The translations under genes were made by a program, and so were the position numbers. Shown in pieces: positions 41,369 through 50,969 of a stretch of DNA of 64,000 nucleotides. Each line of letters begins with the position of its first letter. The stretch's first letter is position 1. Source of the stretch: Alphaproteobacteria bacterium (GTDB lineage Bacteria > Pseudomonadota > Alphaproteobacteria > UBA828); NCBI GenBank assembly GCA_965214705.1, contig OZ243972.1, positions 2,304,001-2,368,000 on the forward strand, written 5' to 3'. Below the pieces are notes generated by a model, which saw only the letters and a program-made list of their open reading frames with translations, did no database searches and was not told the DNA's origin.

Positions 41369-41780
41369 CGCATGCCTGAAGCTCCACTTGTGTGGAGTGC
41401 GGCACGATCCCCCCGGCGTGGAGTTCGAAGCCATAATCGATACGGGATTCACTGGCTTCATCCAGCTTCCGCTTTCGCACGCCATGTCTTTGTCCCTTCC
41501 TCTGGAGGGCACAAACGTCGTGACGCTCGCTGACGAGTCGAAGCTCGTCATGCTTACAGCAATGGTGGAAGCCACTCTTTTGGGAAGAACGGAATCCGGC
41601 GTGGCTCTCTTGTCCACATCGTCAGACTCGATTTTGGTCGGGATGGACTTCCTTAGAAGATTTCGCAGGGCGCTAGTTGTCTCGAAAGCGGTGGGTGTGG
41701 TCCTGATGGATGAGGAACCGTTTGAGGAAGCTCAGAAAAGGCTAGCTGAGAAACTAAGGCAAAACGAGACCGATACTTAA
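41319..41780 (+). CDS. Clan AA (retropepsin-like) aspartic protease
   Basis: AIIDTGFTG catalytic motif, VTLAD, ILVGMDFL; overlaps the upstream gene. Confidence 0.8.
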   Translation: MANAQPLGIGHFDQRGNACLKLHLCGVRHDPPGVEFEAIIDTGFTGFIQLPLSHAMSLSLPLEGTNVVTLADESKLVMLTAMVEATLLGRTESGVALLSTSSDSILVGMDFLRRFRRALVVSKAVGVVLMDEEPFEEAQKRLAEKLRQNETDT

Positions 41781-41827
41781 CAACAAGCGATATCGCCATG
41801 ACCCCGCGAGCGGAAGGAGGCCGCGCC

Positions 41828-42247
41828 ATGGCTCCGACACGCAGGGATGTGCTGCTGCTCAGCGCTTCCGCCACGGCGGCTGCGCTGATTCCTGCCGGTA
41901 CGGCCCAGGCCTCCAACGGCGTCTGGCAGGCCATCGACGAATTCACCGGAAGCGCGCTGCGCCTGGAAGGCGGTATGCTGCTCGATGCGCCGGAGATCTT
42001 CGACAACGGCGGCGCCGTGCCGATTCGGGTCGTGGCCGAGGGCGCGCGACGCATCGCGCTCTTCAATGATGGAAACCCGAATCCCGGCGTCGCGGTCTTC
42101 AACTTCGGCAGGCTCGTGCGGCCCGAAGCCACGATCCGCATCCGGCTCGCGCAGAGCCAGACCGTGTATGCAGTGGCGGAGATGGGGGACGGCACCTACC
42201 GCGAGGCCTCCCAGAAGATCGCGGTCACCGTCGGCGGCTGCGGCTGA
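41828..42247 (+). CDS. soxY: Sulfur carrier SoxY
   Basis: Tat signal TRRDVL, APEI.DNG..VP, RIRLAQSQ, C-terminal VTVGGCG. Confidence 0.92.
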   Translation: MAPTRRDVLLLSASATAAALIPAGTAQASNGVWQAIDEFTGSALRLEGGMLLDAPEIFDNGGAVPIRVVAEGARRIALFNDGNPNPGVAVFNFGRLVRPEATIRIRLAQSQTVYAVAEMGDGTYREASQKIAVTVGGCG

Positions 42248-42257
42248 GGAGGGGGCG

Positions 42258-42584
42258 ATGGCGCAACCCAGGCCGCGCGTGAAGCTGCCTAGGTCAATCG
42301 AGGCAGGCGTCCCCTTCACGGTCAAGACCCGGATCACCCATCCGATGCATACCGGAGAGCGCCACGACAGCGACGGCGTGCTCGTGCCCCGCCGGATCAT
42401 CAACCGCTTCGTGGTCAGCTACAACGGCGAGGTGGCGATCACCGTCGATCTGGAGCCGGCGGTCTCGGCCGACCCTTACGTTCAATTCCAGTTGGCCGTC
42501 CCGGACTCGGGCCTTCTGGAATTCCAGTGGTTCGATGATGACGGCTCCGTCTACAGCCTCAGCAAACAGGTTGAGGTCGACTAG
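42258..42584 (+). CDS. soxZ: Sulfur carrier partner SoxZ
   Basis: KTRITHPMHTG.R, PRRIINRF, PAVSADPY. Confidence 0.92.
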   Translation: MAQPRPRVKLPRSIEAGVPFTVKTRITHPMHTGERHDSDGVLVPRRIINRFVVSYNGEVAITVDLEPAVSADPYVQFQLAVPDSGLLEFQWFDDDGSVYSLSKQVEVD

Positions 42585-42591
42585 GGCCACG

Positions 42592-43326
42592 ATGGGACAC
42601 CGGGCCGCCGGATTCGCGGCATGGGCCGCCTCCGGGATGCTCGCCGTGACTCTTCTGCTCTTGCTCCCCGCCGCCGGCGCATGGAGCGCCGATGCCGAAC
42701 GCGGCAAGGCTCTCTTCGGCCAATGCAAGCGCTGCCACCAGGTCGGCAGCGGCGCGGCGCATCGCATCGGCCCGCACCTCAACGATGTCTTCGGCCGCAC
42801 GGCCGGTTCGTTCGCGAACTTCCGCTATTCCGACGCGATGAAGGCGGCCGGGTCTGGCGGCTTGGTCTGGAGCGAGGCGACGCTCGACGCCTTCCTCGCC
42901 GATCCGCACACGTTCGTGCCGCACTCGCGCATGAGCTTCGACGGCATGGAGGGGGCCGAGGACAGAGCAGACCTCGTGGCGTGGTTGCGTGGCTTTTCGG
43001 GAGATCACTCCAATTCGTCACCGGCGGAGCCCACCGCCACGCCCGAGGAATACGGCCTCGATCCGCAGATCCTCGCCATCGAGGGTGACCCCGAGTACGG
43101 CGCCTATCTCGCGGGCGAATGCACTACCTGCCACCGGACGGACGGTACCGACGAGGGCATCCCCTCGATAACCGGATGGCCGCTCGATGACTTCGTGATA
43201 GCCTTGCACGCGTACAAGGGCGGAAAGAGGGTGCATCCCGTCATGCAGATGGTGGCCGGGCGCCTGTCGGACGAAGAGATCGCCGCCCTCGCTGCGCATT
43301 TCCGCAAGGCGGACGACGATCCGTGA
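42592..43326 (+). CDS. soxE: Diheme c-type cytochrome, SoxE-like
   Basis: CKRCH (c2-like domain) and GDPEYGAYLAGECTTCH; lies directly upstream of soxF. Confidence 0.8.
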   Translation: MGHRAAGFAAWAASGMLAVTLLLLLPAAGAWSADAERGKALFGQCKRCHQVGSGAAHRIGPHLNDVFGRTAGSFANFRYSDAMKAAGSGGLVWSEATLDAFLADPHTFVPHSRMSFDGMEGAEDRADLVAWLRGFSGDHSNSSPAEPTATPEEYGLDPQILAIEGDPEYGAYLAGECTTCHRTDGTDEGIPSITGWPLDDFVIALHAYKGGKRVHPVMQMVAGRLSDEEIAALAAHFRKADDDP

Positions 43327-43343
43327 GCCAGGGGAGACACGTC

Positions 43344-44639
43344 ATGAGCAAACCGAACGGAAAGAGCGGTCTGAGCCGCCGCGGATTCCTTGCATCCGCG
43401 GCTGCGGCGACAACGGCGGTATCGGCGCTGTCGGCGCCCACGGTGCTCGCACAGGGGCGCCCGCGCGTCGTGGTCGTGGGCGGCGGTGCGGGCGGCGCGA
43501 CGGCGGCACGCTACATCGCCAAGGATTCGGATGGCGCCATCGACGTGACGCTCGTGGAGCCGAGCCGCGCCTACTACAGCTGCTTCTTCTCGAACCTCTA
43601 TATCGGCGGCTTCCGCGAATACGCGTCGATCGGTCACAGCTACGGGGACCTCGCCGCGAACCACGGAATCAACGTGGTGCACGACTGGGCGGTCTCCGTC
43701 GACCGCGATGCGCGCAGCGTGGGGCTCGCCGGCGGCGGCAGCCTCGCCTACGACCGCCTCATCCTCTCGCCGGGCATCGACTTCCGCGACGGCTCCGTTC
43801 CCGGCTGGGACCTGTCGCAGCAGAACCGCATGCCGCACGCCTACAAGGCGGGCTCGCAGACCCAACTTCTCAAGGCGCAGATCGAGGCCATGCCGGAAGG
43901 CGGCACCTATTGTATGGTCGCGCCGCCCAACCCGTTCCGTTGCCCGCCGGGCCCGTACGAGCGCATCTCGATGGTGGCTCACGTGCTGAAGCAGTCGAAC
44001 CCGACGGCCAAGATACTGATCGTCGACCCCAAGGCGAAGTTCTCCAAGCAGGGGCTGTTCGAGGAAGGCTGGCAGCGCCATTACCCCGGCATGGTCGAGC
44101 GCGTCGGCCCCGATTTCGGCGGCGACAAGGTCGAGGTACGGCCCGAGGCCATGGAGGTGGTGATCGACGGCGAGGCGACCAAGGTGGACGTCTGCAACGT
44201 CATCCCCGCGCAGCAGGCCGGGCGCATCGCCGCAGTCGCGGGCATCACCAACGAGGCCGGCTGGGCGCCGATCGTGCCGCACACCATGCAGAGCCGGGCG
44301 GACGAGAACATCCACGTCCTCGGCGATGCCTCGCAGCAGGGCGACATGCCGAAGTCGGGCTTCTCGGCCAACAGCCAGGCCAAGGCCTGCGCCATGGCGG
44401 TGCGGGGCGCGCTCACCGGCTCCTCGACGTTCCCGCCGCGCTACTCCAACACCTGCTGGTCGCTCATCGGCACCGACGACGGCGTCAAGGTCGGCGCCTC
44501 CTATGAGGCGACCGACGAGAAGATCGCCAAGACCGACGGCTTCATTTCCAAGACCGGGGAGAGCGCGGAGCTGCGCAAGGCGACCTACGAGGAATCGCTC
44601 GGCTGGTACGCCGCCATCACCGGCGACATGTTCAGCTAG
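43344..44639 (+). CDS. soxF: Flavocytochrome c sulfide dehydrogenase flavoprotein (SoxF/FccB)
   Basis: Tat SRRGFL, GGGAGG, SCFFSN, RCPPGPYER, PKSGFSANSQ, NTCWS. Confidence 0.92.
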   Translation: MSKPNGKSGLSRRGFLASAAAATTAVSALSAPTVLAQGRPRVVVVGGGAGGATAARYIAKDSDGAIDVTLVEPSRAYYSCFFSNLYIGGFREYASIGHSYGDLAANHGINVVHDWAVSVDRDARSVGLAGGGSLAYDRLILSPGIDFRDGSVPGWDLSQQNRMPHAYKAGSQTQLLKAQIEAMPEGGTYCMVAPPNPFRCPPGPYERISMVAHVLKQSNPTAKILIVDPKAKFSKQGLFEEGWQRHYPGMVERVGPDFGGDKVEVRPEAMEVVIDGEATKVDVCNVIPAQQAGRIAAVAGITNEAGWAPIVPHTMQSRADENIHVLGDASQQGDMPKSGFSANSQAKACAMAVRGALTGSSTFPPRYSNTCWSLIGTDDGVKVGASYEATDEKIAKTDGFISKTGESAELRKATYEESLGWYAAITGDMFS

Positions 44640-45641
44640 AGTGCGTCCGTCTTTGACGAACGCACTCTAGGGAAAGTCTGAACAACCCCATCTTGGCGGC
44701 TTCGAGGGGGAGAGGGGGCTTGGATTTGAAGCTCGACGATATTGCCGGCAGGCCGGGGGCTGCTTTTGTCGCGGGATACGGAGCGAACGGGCGATATCCG
44801 CGTCGATCCGCCGCATTCCCCGTCGTCCCGCCGGCGGCGGGCGGACTGCTCCCCTGTCATTGCGTCGCGTAGCGGCCGGCGATCAGCAGGTTCGAGAACC
44901 CCAGCAGCAACGCGATGCGCTGCCTGTTCTTCGCCACGCCCCGGTAGCGCACCTTGGCGTAGCCGAAGTGCCGCTTCACGTACAGGAACGGATGCTCCAC
45001 CTTCGCCCGCACCGACGCCTTGCGCTTCTCGGCCGCCGCTTCGGCGCCACCCCCGGCCAGCAGCCGGCGCCGCCCCGGCTTCATCGCCACACGCCACTCG
45101 ACACCGCCATCCCGGTGCTCGGGACGCTTCTCCACCCCCTGGTAGCCCGCGTCGCCCCACGCCGTCGTCTCAGCGCCATGCAGCAGCGCTCCCGCCTGCG
45201 TCACGTCGCTTGCGTTGGCCGCCGTCGTCACCACGCTGTGTGCCAGACCCGACCCGGCGTCCACCCCGATGTGCGCCTTCATCCCGAAATACCACTGCTT
45301 GCCCTTCCTCGTCTGACGCATCTCAGGGTCCCGTGCGCGGCGCCGGTTCTTCGTCGACGACGGCGCCTCGATGATGCTCGCGTCGACGATCGTCCCCGTG
45401 CGCAGCCGATGGCCACGCGACGCAAGGTGCGCATTGATCTCCTCGAACAGACCCTCGCCCAGGCCGTGCTTCTCCAGAAGATGCCGGAAGTTCAGGATGG
45501 TGGTCTCGTCGGGCAGCGCCTCCGTCAGGCGCAGCCCCACGAAACGCCTCACCGACTCCACCTCGTAGAGCAGGTCCTCCATCCCCGGGTCGCTCAGGTT
45601 GTAGAACAGCTGCACGCAGTGAACGCGCAGCATCACCCTAA

Positions 45642-46843
45642 GGAAAGTCTGAACAACCCCATCTTGGCGGCTTCGAGGGGGAGAGGGGGCTTGGATTTGA
45701 AGCTCGACGATATTGCCGGCAGGCCGGGGGCTGCTTTTGTCGCGGGATACGGAGCGAACGGGCGATATCCGCGTCGATCCGCCGCATTCCCCGTCGTCCC
45801 GCCGGCGGCGGGCGGACTGCTCCCCTGTCATTGCGTCGCGTAGCGGCCGGCGATCAGCAGGTTCGAGAACCCCAGCAGCAACGCGATGCGCTGCCTGTTC
45901 TTCGCCACGCCCCGGTAGCGCACCTTGGCGTAGCCGAAGTGCCGCTTCACGTACAGGAACGGATGCTCCACCTTCGCCCGCACCGACGCCTTGCGCGTCT
46001 CGGCCGCCGCTTCGGCGCCACCCCCGGCCAGCAGCCGGCGCCGCCCCGGCTTCATCGCCACACGCCACTCGACACCGCCATCCCGGTGCTCGGGACGCTT
46101 CTCCACCCCCTGGTAGCCCGCGTCGCCCCACGCCGTCGTCTCAGCGCCATGCAGCAGCGCTCCCGCCTGCGTCACGTCGCTTGCGTTGGCCGCCGTCGTC
46201 ACCACGCTGTGTGCCAGACCCGACCCGGCGTCCACCCCGATGTGCGCCTTCATCCCGAAATACCACTGCTTGCCCTTCCTCGTCTGACGCATCTCAGGGT
46301 CCCGTGCGCGGCGCCGGTTCTTCGTCGACGACGGCGCCTCGATGATGCTCGCGTCAACGATCGTCCCCGTGCGCAGCCAATGGCCGCGCGACGCCAGGTG
46401 CGCATTGATCTCCTCGAACAGACCCTCGCCCAGGCCGTGCTTCTCCAGAAGATGCCGGAAGTTCAGGATGGTGGTCTCGTCAGGCAACGCCTCCGCCAGC
46501 CGCAGCCCCACGAAACGCCGCACCGACTCCACCTCGTAGAGCAGGTCCTCCATCCCCGGATCGCTCAGGTTGTAGAACAGCTGCACGCAGTGAACGCGCA
46601 GCATCACCGCAAGCGGGTACGGGCGCCGACCGCGCCCCGCCTTCGGATAGAACGGCTCGATCCGCCGTTCCAGCCGCTCCCAGGGAACCAGCTTGTCCAT
46701 CTTCTCCAGGAACAGCTCGCGCCGCGTCCGGCGCTTCTTCAAGTCGTGCTCCAGTTCCGAAAAGCTCGCCTGTGCCATGACCCGATCATCCAATCTGCGA
46801 CTCCTACGAAAATCATGGCACACCCGACTTGATCAGACCTTCC
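45642..46843 (-). mobile_element. Inner intact IS5-family element (1202 bp)
   Basis: Same termini as the outer copy; CTAA target duplication at 45638-45641 and 46844-46847. Confidence 0.95.
45828..46778 (-). CDS. IS5-family transposase
   Basis: PDETTILNFRHLLE, IVDASII, WYFGMKAHIGVD, GDAGYQG, RAKVEHPF, KVRYRG. Confidence 0.96.
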   Translation of the reverse strand: MAQASFSELEHDLKKRRTRRELFLEKMDKLVPWERLERRIEPFYPKAGRGRRPYPLAVMLRVHCVQLFYNLSDPGMEDLLYEVESVRRFVGLRLAEALPDETTILNFRHLLEKHGLGEGLFEEINAHLASRGHWLRTGTIVDASIIEAPSSTKNRRRARDPEMRQTRKGKQWYFGMKAHIGVDAGSGLAHSVVTTAANASDVTQAGALLHGAETTAWGDAGYQGVEKRPEHRDGGVEWRVAMKPGRRRLLAGGGAEAAAETRKASVRAKVEHPFLYVKRHFGYAKVRYRGVAKNRQRIALLLGFSNLLIAGRYATQ

Positions 46844-47194
46844 CTAAGCGGGTAAGGGCGCCGACCGCGCCCCGCCTTCGGATAGAACGGCTCGATCCGC
46901 CGTTCCAGCCGCTCCCAGGGAACCAGCTTGTCCATCTTCTCCAGGAACAGCTCGCGCCGCGTCCGGCGCTTCTTCAAGTCGTGCTCCAGTTCCGAAAAGC
47001 TCGCCTGTGCCATGACCCGATCATCCAATCTGCGACTCCTACGAAAATCATGGCACACCCGACTTGATCAGACCTTCCCTAGCAATTTTTTCGCTCACGG
47101 CAGCCGGCCTGCGGCCGGCGCCTGCGCGGGCGCGCCGCATTCGCGGTGGGCCGCGGTCGCGGCCTGTCGCGCGCCCGTCAAAGACGGACGCGCT

Positions 47195-48220
47195 CTATCG
47201 CGCGGTGAGAAGCATCCCTGTAGCTCGCGCCGAGGCCGCCATGGCGGCGAGCGCGAGCAGCGCGGCGAGGCTCGCGGTCGAGACGCCGGAAAGCCCGGCG
47301 CCCACCGTGCAACCGCCTGCCAGCACGCCGCCCACGCCCATCATCACGGCGCCGGCGAGGTAGCGCCCGGTCTGGCGCGGGCCTTCCAGGCTCTGCCAGC
47401 GGAACTCGCCGGCCGCCAGCGCCGCGGCCAGGCTGCCGAGCAGGACGCCCGCGGCGAGGCCGGTGCCGAAGCCCGCCGGTATCGACGTTGCCACCACGGC
47501 CCAGAACAACGTGTCCGCCATGGGCCCGGTGAAGCCCATCGACGCCACGGGGATCGGGTCGAAATCGTCCAGCAGCACGAACCCCGTGCCGATCCAGCCG
47601 AGCGGCACCAGCAACCCGATCGCGGCCGCCATCGCCAGGTGGGAGATCCGCGCACGGGAGAGGAGCGCGAAGAGAAACGCGGTGCCCGCGACGATCGCCG
47701 GCCAGACCTCGCCGCCGGGCCAGGCCGCGAGCTCCGTCGCCGCGCCGCCGGAGAGGGTCGCGTCCCCCACCGCCTCGCGGATCGGGGCCAGCGCGCCCTT
47801 CATCACCGCGTGGGCCGTGACGGCAAAGACGACTAAGACGAGCAAGGCGCGCAGATTGCCGGTGCCGACCAGCACCGTGAGGCGCGAGACGCAGCCGCCC
47901 GTCAGCACCATGCCGGCTCCGAAGAGCGCGCCGCCCAGCAGCGCTGACGCGACCGGCAGGTCGGCCGCGAGAAAGCGATGCGCCTCGAAGGAGATCAGAT
48001 CGAAAGCAACCGCCACGCGGGTGCCGGCGATCGCGGTCGCCAGCGCCATCACCCATGTGCCGAGTGCCGGCAGGCAGTCGCGCCACTCGCCGACCAGGCT
48101 GCGGCGCAGGCAGAACGCGCTGCGCTGCGCGAGCGCGCCATAGGCCAGGCCGAGCACCAGCCCAAGCAGCACGGAGGCCGTGATCGGCGTCAGCTCCTCG
48201 AACCCGAACTCCTCGAACAT
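47195..48220 (-). CDS. YeeE/YedE-family sulfur transport membrane protein (SoxT-like)
   Basis: FCLRR, LFGAGMVLTGGC, MGVGGVLAGGCTVG; highly hydrophobic. Confidence 0.88.
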   Translation of the reverse strand: MFEEFGFEELTPITASVLLGLVLGLAYGALAQRSAFCLRRSLVGEWRDCLPALGTWVMALATAIAGTRVAVAFDLISFEAHRFLAADLPVASALLGGALFGAGMVLTGGCVSRLTVLVGTGNLRALLVLVVFAVTAHAVMKGALAPIREAVGDATLSGGAATELAAWPGGEVWPAIVAGTAFLFALLSRARISHLAMAAAIGLLVPLGWIGTGFVLLDDFDPIPVASMGFTGPMADTLFWAVVATSIPAGFGTGLAAGVLLGSLAAALAAGEFRWQSLEGPRQTGRYLAGAVMMGVGGVLAGGCTVGAGLSGVSTASLAALLALAAMAASARATGMLLTAR

Positions 48221-48373
48221 GGGGAACCGCCTCCTCCCGGCGGCAGCGCCGCCGGGCGCACGATACCCGGAACGTCCTCGACCGGGGAGCGAAAGTCCGA
48301 CCGGGCTCTCGTCAAGGCCGTCCCTGCCGACGGTTGAGTTCGCGGCCTTTCTGGGCTATCTCCATGGGGCCGC

Positions 48374-48449
48374 GTCCCCATCGTCTAGTGGCCTAGGACA
48401 CCGGCCTCTCACGCCGGAAACGGGGGTTCGAGTCCCCCTGGGGACGCCA
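48374..48449 (+). tRNA. tRNA-Glu(CTC)
   Basis: GTCCCCATCGTCTAGTGGCCTAGGACACCGGCCTCTCACGCCGGAAACGGGGGTTCGAGTCCCCCTGGGGACGCCA, 76 nt. Confidence 0.97.
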
Positions 48450-48498
48450 TCCATTTTGCTTTTTCTTTACGTTTCAAAGGCCTAGAACCCCCTTTTGT

Positions 48499-48639
48499 CT
48501 AACCTTTCGGAAAGGTTGGACAAATTTGCTCCGGTTCCGCCCTCAGTTTCGCCATGCCCGAGCTCGTGAGCCGCGCCCGGTTTGCGGCCGCGACGTACAG
48601 GCTGGCCTTCCTCGCGCTCGCGTGCGCGAGAAACGACAT
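48499..48639 (-). pseudogene. Tyrosine integrase C-terminal remnant
   Basis: MSFLAHASARKASLYVAAANRARLTSSGMAKL... resembles box II (LGH........Y) plus the terminal helix; points toward the tRNA. Confidence 0.65.
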
Positions 48640-48663
48640 GCCTCCATGTGGGACGGAAAAGCT

Positions 48664-49386
48664 CTAGCCAAGCGTCAGCCCTTCGACGATGCCGATCCGG
48701 TAAGCAACCCAGGCGCCGAGACCGATGGTGCCAAGCCCGACGGCGGCGCTCAGCGTGTTGTGCGCCCAGGAGAGGCTGCGCGCCATCCGCTGCAGCGGAA
48801 TCGCGATGACGACCGAGAGTGCGGCCATGCCGATCATCGAGCCGATGCCGAAGAGCGCGAGGTAGGCGAGTGCCCAGAAAAGCGAGTCGATCTGCCCCGC
48901 CGTCAGCAGGATCAGCGCCGCAGACCCCGCGAGCCCATGCATCAGTCCGACCGCGAGTGCACGCACGGGCAGTCCCCGCGCGTGCACATGGTCATGGCGC
49001 GATGCGGCGTGATCGGCCTCGCCTGCGTGGCTGTGAGCATGGAAGTGCGTCGTGCCGTCGCCGTGGCGGTGGATGTGGAAGTGAACGCGCGCGGCGATCA
49101 TGCGCCGCAGCAGGTCAGCCCCCAGCAGCACCAACATGATGCCGACGGCAAACTCAAAGATGTGCGCGATGCGTTCGAGCATGACGCCATCGAGCGAGAG
49201 CACAACGGTGCCCGCAGCGAAGAGCGTCAGCGTGTGCCCCAGCCCCCAGGCCGCACCGAGGCGAAGGGCGCCACCTAGATTCCGGCTGCGCGCCGTCAGC
49301 GCGGCGACGGCGGCGACATGGTCAGCTTCCAGCGCATGACGCATGCCGACCAAGAGGCCGAGAACGAGAACGCCACCCACGGGCAA
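48664..49386 (-). CDS. UreH / NicO-type nickel-cobalt transporter
   Basis: GMRHALEADHVAAV, WGLGHT, His-rich loop HFHIHRH..HFHAHSH, GLMHGLAGSAA. Confidence 0.85.
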   Translation of the reverse strand: MPVGGVLVLGLLVGMRHALEADHVAAVAALTARSRNLGGALRLGAAWGLGHTLTLFAAGTVVLSLDGVMLERIAHIFEFAVGIMLVLLGADLLRRMIAARVHFHIHRHGDGTTHFHAHSHAGEADHAASRHDHVHARGLPVRALAVGLMHGLAGSAALILLTAGQIDSLFWALAYLALFGIGSMIGMAALSVVIAIPLQRMARSLSWAHNTLSAAVGLGTIGLGAWVAYRIGIVEGLTLG

Positions 49387-49530
49387 CCTCCGTCAACGCG
49401 TCGCTAGCGGCCCTGACCTGGCCCCGTCGACTGGTACGGGTCGAATGTTAGTGCGGTTGGTCAAACTAAGATGTTGAAATATATGAGTAAAGTAAGGTCT
49501 CCTGGGGACGCCAGTCTATCAGGCGTACCG

Positions 49531-50865
49531 CTACGGCCGATCCCTCAACGGGACGAAGCCGCGTTGCGCCGGGCCGGTGTAGAGCTGGCGCGGTCGGCCG
49601 ATCTTCTGCTCGGGATCCGCGATCATCTCGTTCCATTGGGCGACCCAGCCCACGGTGCGCGCTAGCGCGAAGATCACGGTGAAGAGGTGGGTCGGGATGC
49701 CGAGCGCCTGCAGGATCAGGCCCGAGTAGAAGTCGACGTTGGGGTAAAGCTTGCGGTCGACGAAGTACTCGTCCTCCAGGGCGATCCGCTCCAGCTCCAT
49801 GGCGATCCTGAGCAGCTCGTCGCTGATGCCGAGATCGTCGAGCACCTCGTGGCAGGTCTCCCGCATGACCGTGGCACGCGGGTCGTAGTTCTTGTAGACC
49901 CGGTGGCCGAAGCCCATGAGCCGGAACGGGTCGTCCTTGTCCTTCGCTCGCTTGATGAATTCCGAGATGTTCTCGACCGTGCCGATCTCCTCCAGCATCT
50001 GGAGCACCGCCTCGTTGGCGCCGCCGTGGGCAGGCCCCCAGAGCGTCGCGATGCCGGCCGCGATGCAGGCGTAGGGGTTGGCGCCGGAGGAGCCGGCGAG
50101 GCGCACCGTCGATGTCGAGGCGTTCTGCTCGTGGTCCGCGTGGAGGATCAGGATGCGGTCCATGGCGCGCGCGTGGATCGGGTTGATCTGATAGTCCTCG
50201 CACGGCACCGCGAACATCATGTGCAGGAAATTCTCCGCGTACGTGAGGTCGTTGCGCGGATACACGAACGGCTGGCCGATATTGTACTTGTACGCCATCG
50301 CCGCAAACGTCGGCATCTTCGCGATCATCCGGTGCGAGGCGATGATGCGCTGCTTCGGATCGTCGATGTCGGTGGTGTCGTGGTAGAAGGCGGCAAGCGC
50401 GCCCACCACGCCGATCATCACCGCCATCGGGTGAGAATCGCGCCGGAACCCCCGATAGAGGTAGTTGATCTGCTCGTGCACCATCGTGTGCTTGGTGATG
50501 GTGTTGACGAAGTGGTCCTTCTCCGCCGCGTTCGGCAGCTCACCGTGGAGCAGTAGGTAGGAGACTTCGAGGAAGTCGCTGTATGCGGCCAGCTCGTCGA
50601 TAGGGTAGCCGCGGTGCAGCAGCACGCCCTGCTCGCCGTCGATATAGGTGATATTCGACTTGCACGAGCCGGTCGCGGTATAGCCGGGATCGTAGGAGAA
50701 CTTGCCCGTCCCCGCGTAGAGCGAGCGGATATCGATCACCGGCGGGCCCATCGTCCCCTCGAGGACAGGCAACTCGACCGTGCTCCCGGTCTCCCGATCG
50801 GTGAGCACGGCGCTGGGCGCCTCGTTGCCCTGCCCGGCGAGCCTCGTTTGGTGTGCCTGAGACAC
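49531..50865 (-). CDS. gltA: Citrate synthase (type II, housekeeping)
   Basis: [49 protein letters not shown]; GTG start with AAGGAG RBS. Confidence 0.96.
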   Translation of the reverse strand: MSQAHQTRLAGQGNEAPSAVLTDRETGSTVELPVLEGTMGPPVIDIRSLYAGTGKFSYDPGYTATGSCKSNITYIDGEQGVLLHRGYPIDELAAYSDFLEVSYLLLHGELPNAAEKDHFVNTITKHTMVHEQINYLYRGFRRDSHPMAVMIGVVGALAAFYHDTTDIDDPKQRIIASHRMIAKMPTFAAMAYKYNIGQPFVYPRNDLTYAENFLHMMFAVPCEDYQINPIHARAMDRILILHADHEQNASTSTVRLAGSSGANPYACIAAGIATLWGPAHGGANEAVLQMLEEIGTVENISEFIKRAKDKDDPFRLMGFGHRVYKNYDPRATVMRETCHEVLDDLGISDELLRIAMELERIALEDEYFVDRKLYPNVDFYSGLILQALGIPTHLFTVIFALARTVGWVAQWNEMIADPEQKIGRPRQLYTGPAQRGFVPLRDRP

Positions 50866-50969
50866 CCCATCTCCCTCCTTGTTGCCCCGTGCCGGCGGCC
50901 GGCCAGGGGCCTGGATCATAGGGCCAGAGCCCGAATTATACAATTTGCGCCCGGTTGGCCGGGTCCCGC

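Larger units (their letters stand above)
44857..47013 (-). pseudogene. IS5 transposase of the outer element, split into 46844-47013 and 44857-45641
   Basis: Rejoining across the CTAA duplication restores ...RRPYPLRVMLRVHC... Confidence 0.9.
44671..47078 (-). mobile_element. Outer IS5-family element (1202 bp when the insert is removed), transposase interrupted
   Basis: Ends GGAAAGTCTGAACAAC / GACTTGATCAGACCTTCC; CTAG target duplication at 44667-44670 and 47079-47082. Confidence 0.95.
44637..47197. repeat. ~149-bp MITE-like inverted-repeat element interrupted by nested IS5
   Basis: 22-bp TIRs tagagtgcgtccgtctttgacg (44637-44658) and cgtcaaagacggacgcgctcta (47176-47197), one mismatch. Confidence 0.75.
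48437..49513. mobile_element. Decayed integrative islet at tRNA-Glu
   Basis: 13-bp direct repeat CCTGGGGACGCCA (48437-48449 = tRNA 3' end; 49501-49513); AT-rich shoulders; integrase remnant inside. Confidence 0.75.

Noticed and set aside
44857-46131. 424-aa ORF that looks like an extended transposase
   Set aside because: Read-through from the inner IS end into the 3' half of the outer transposase; not a real gene
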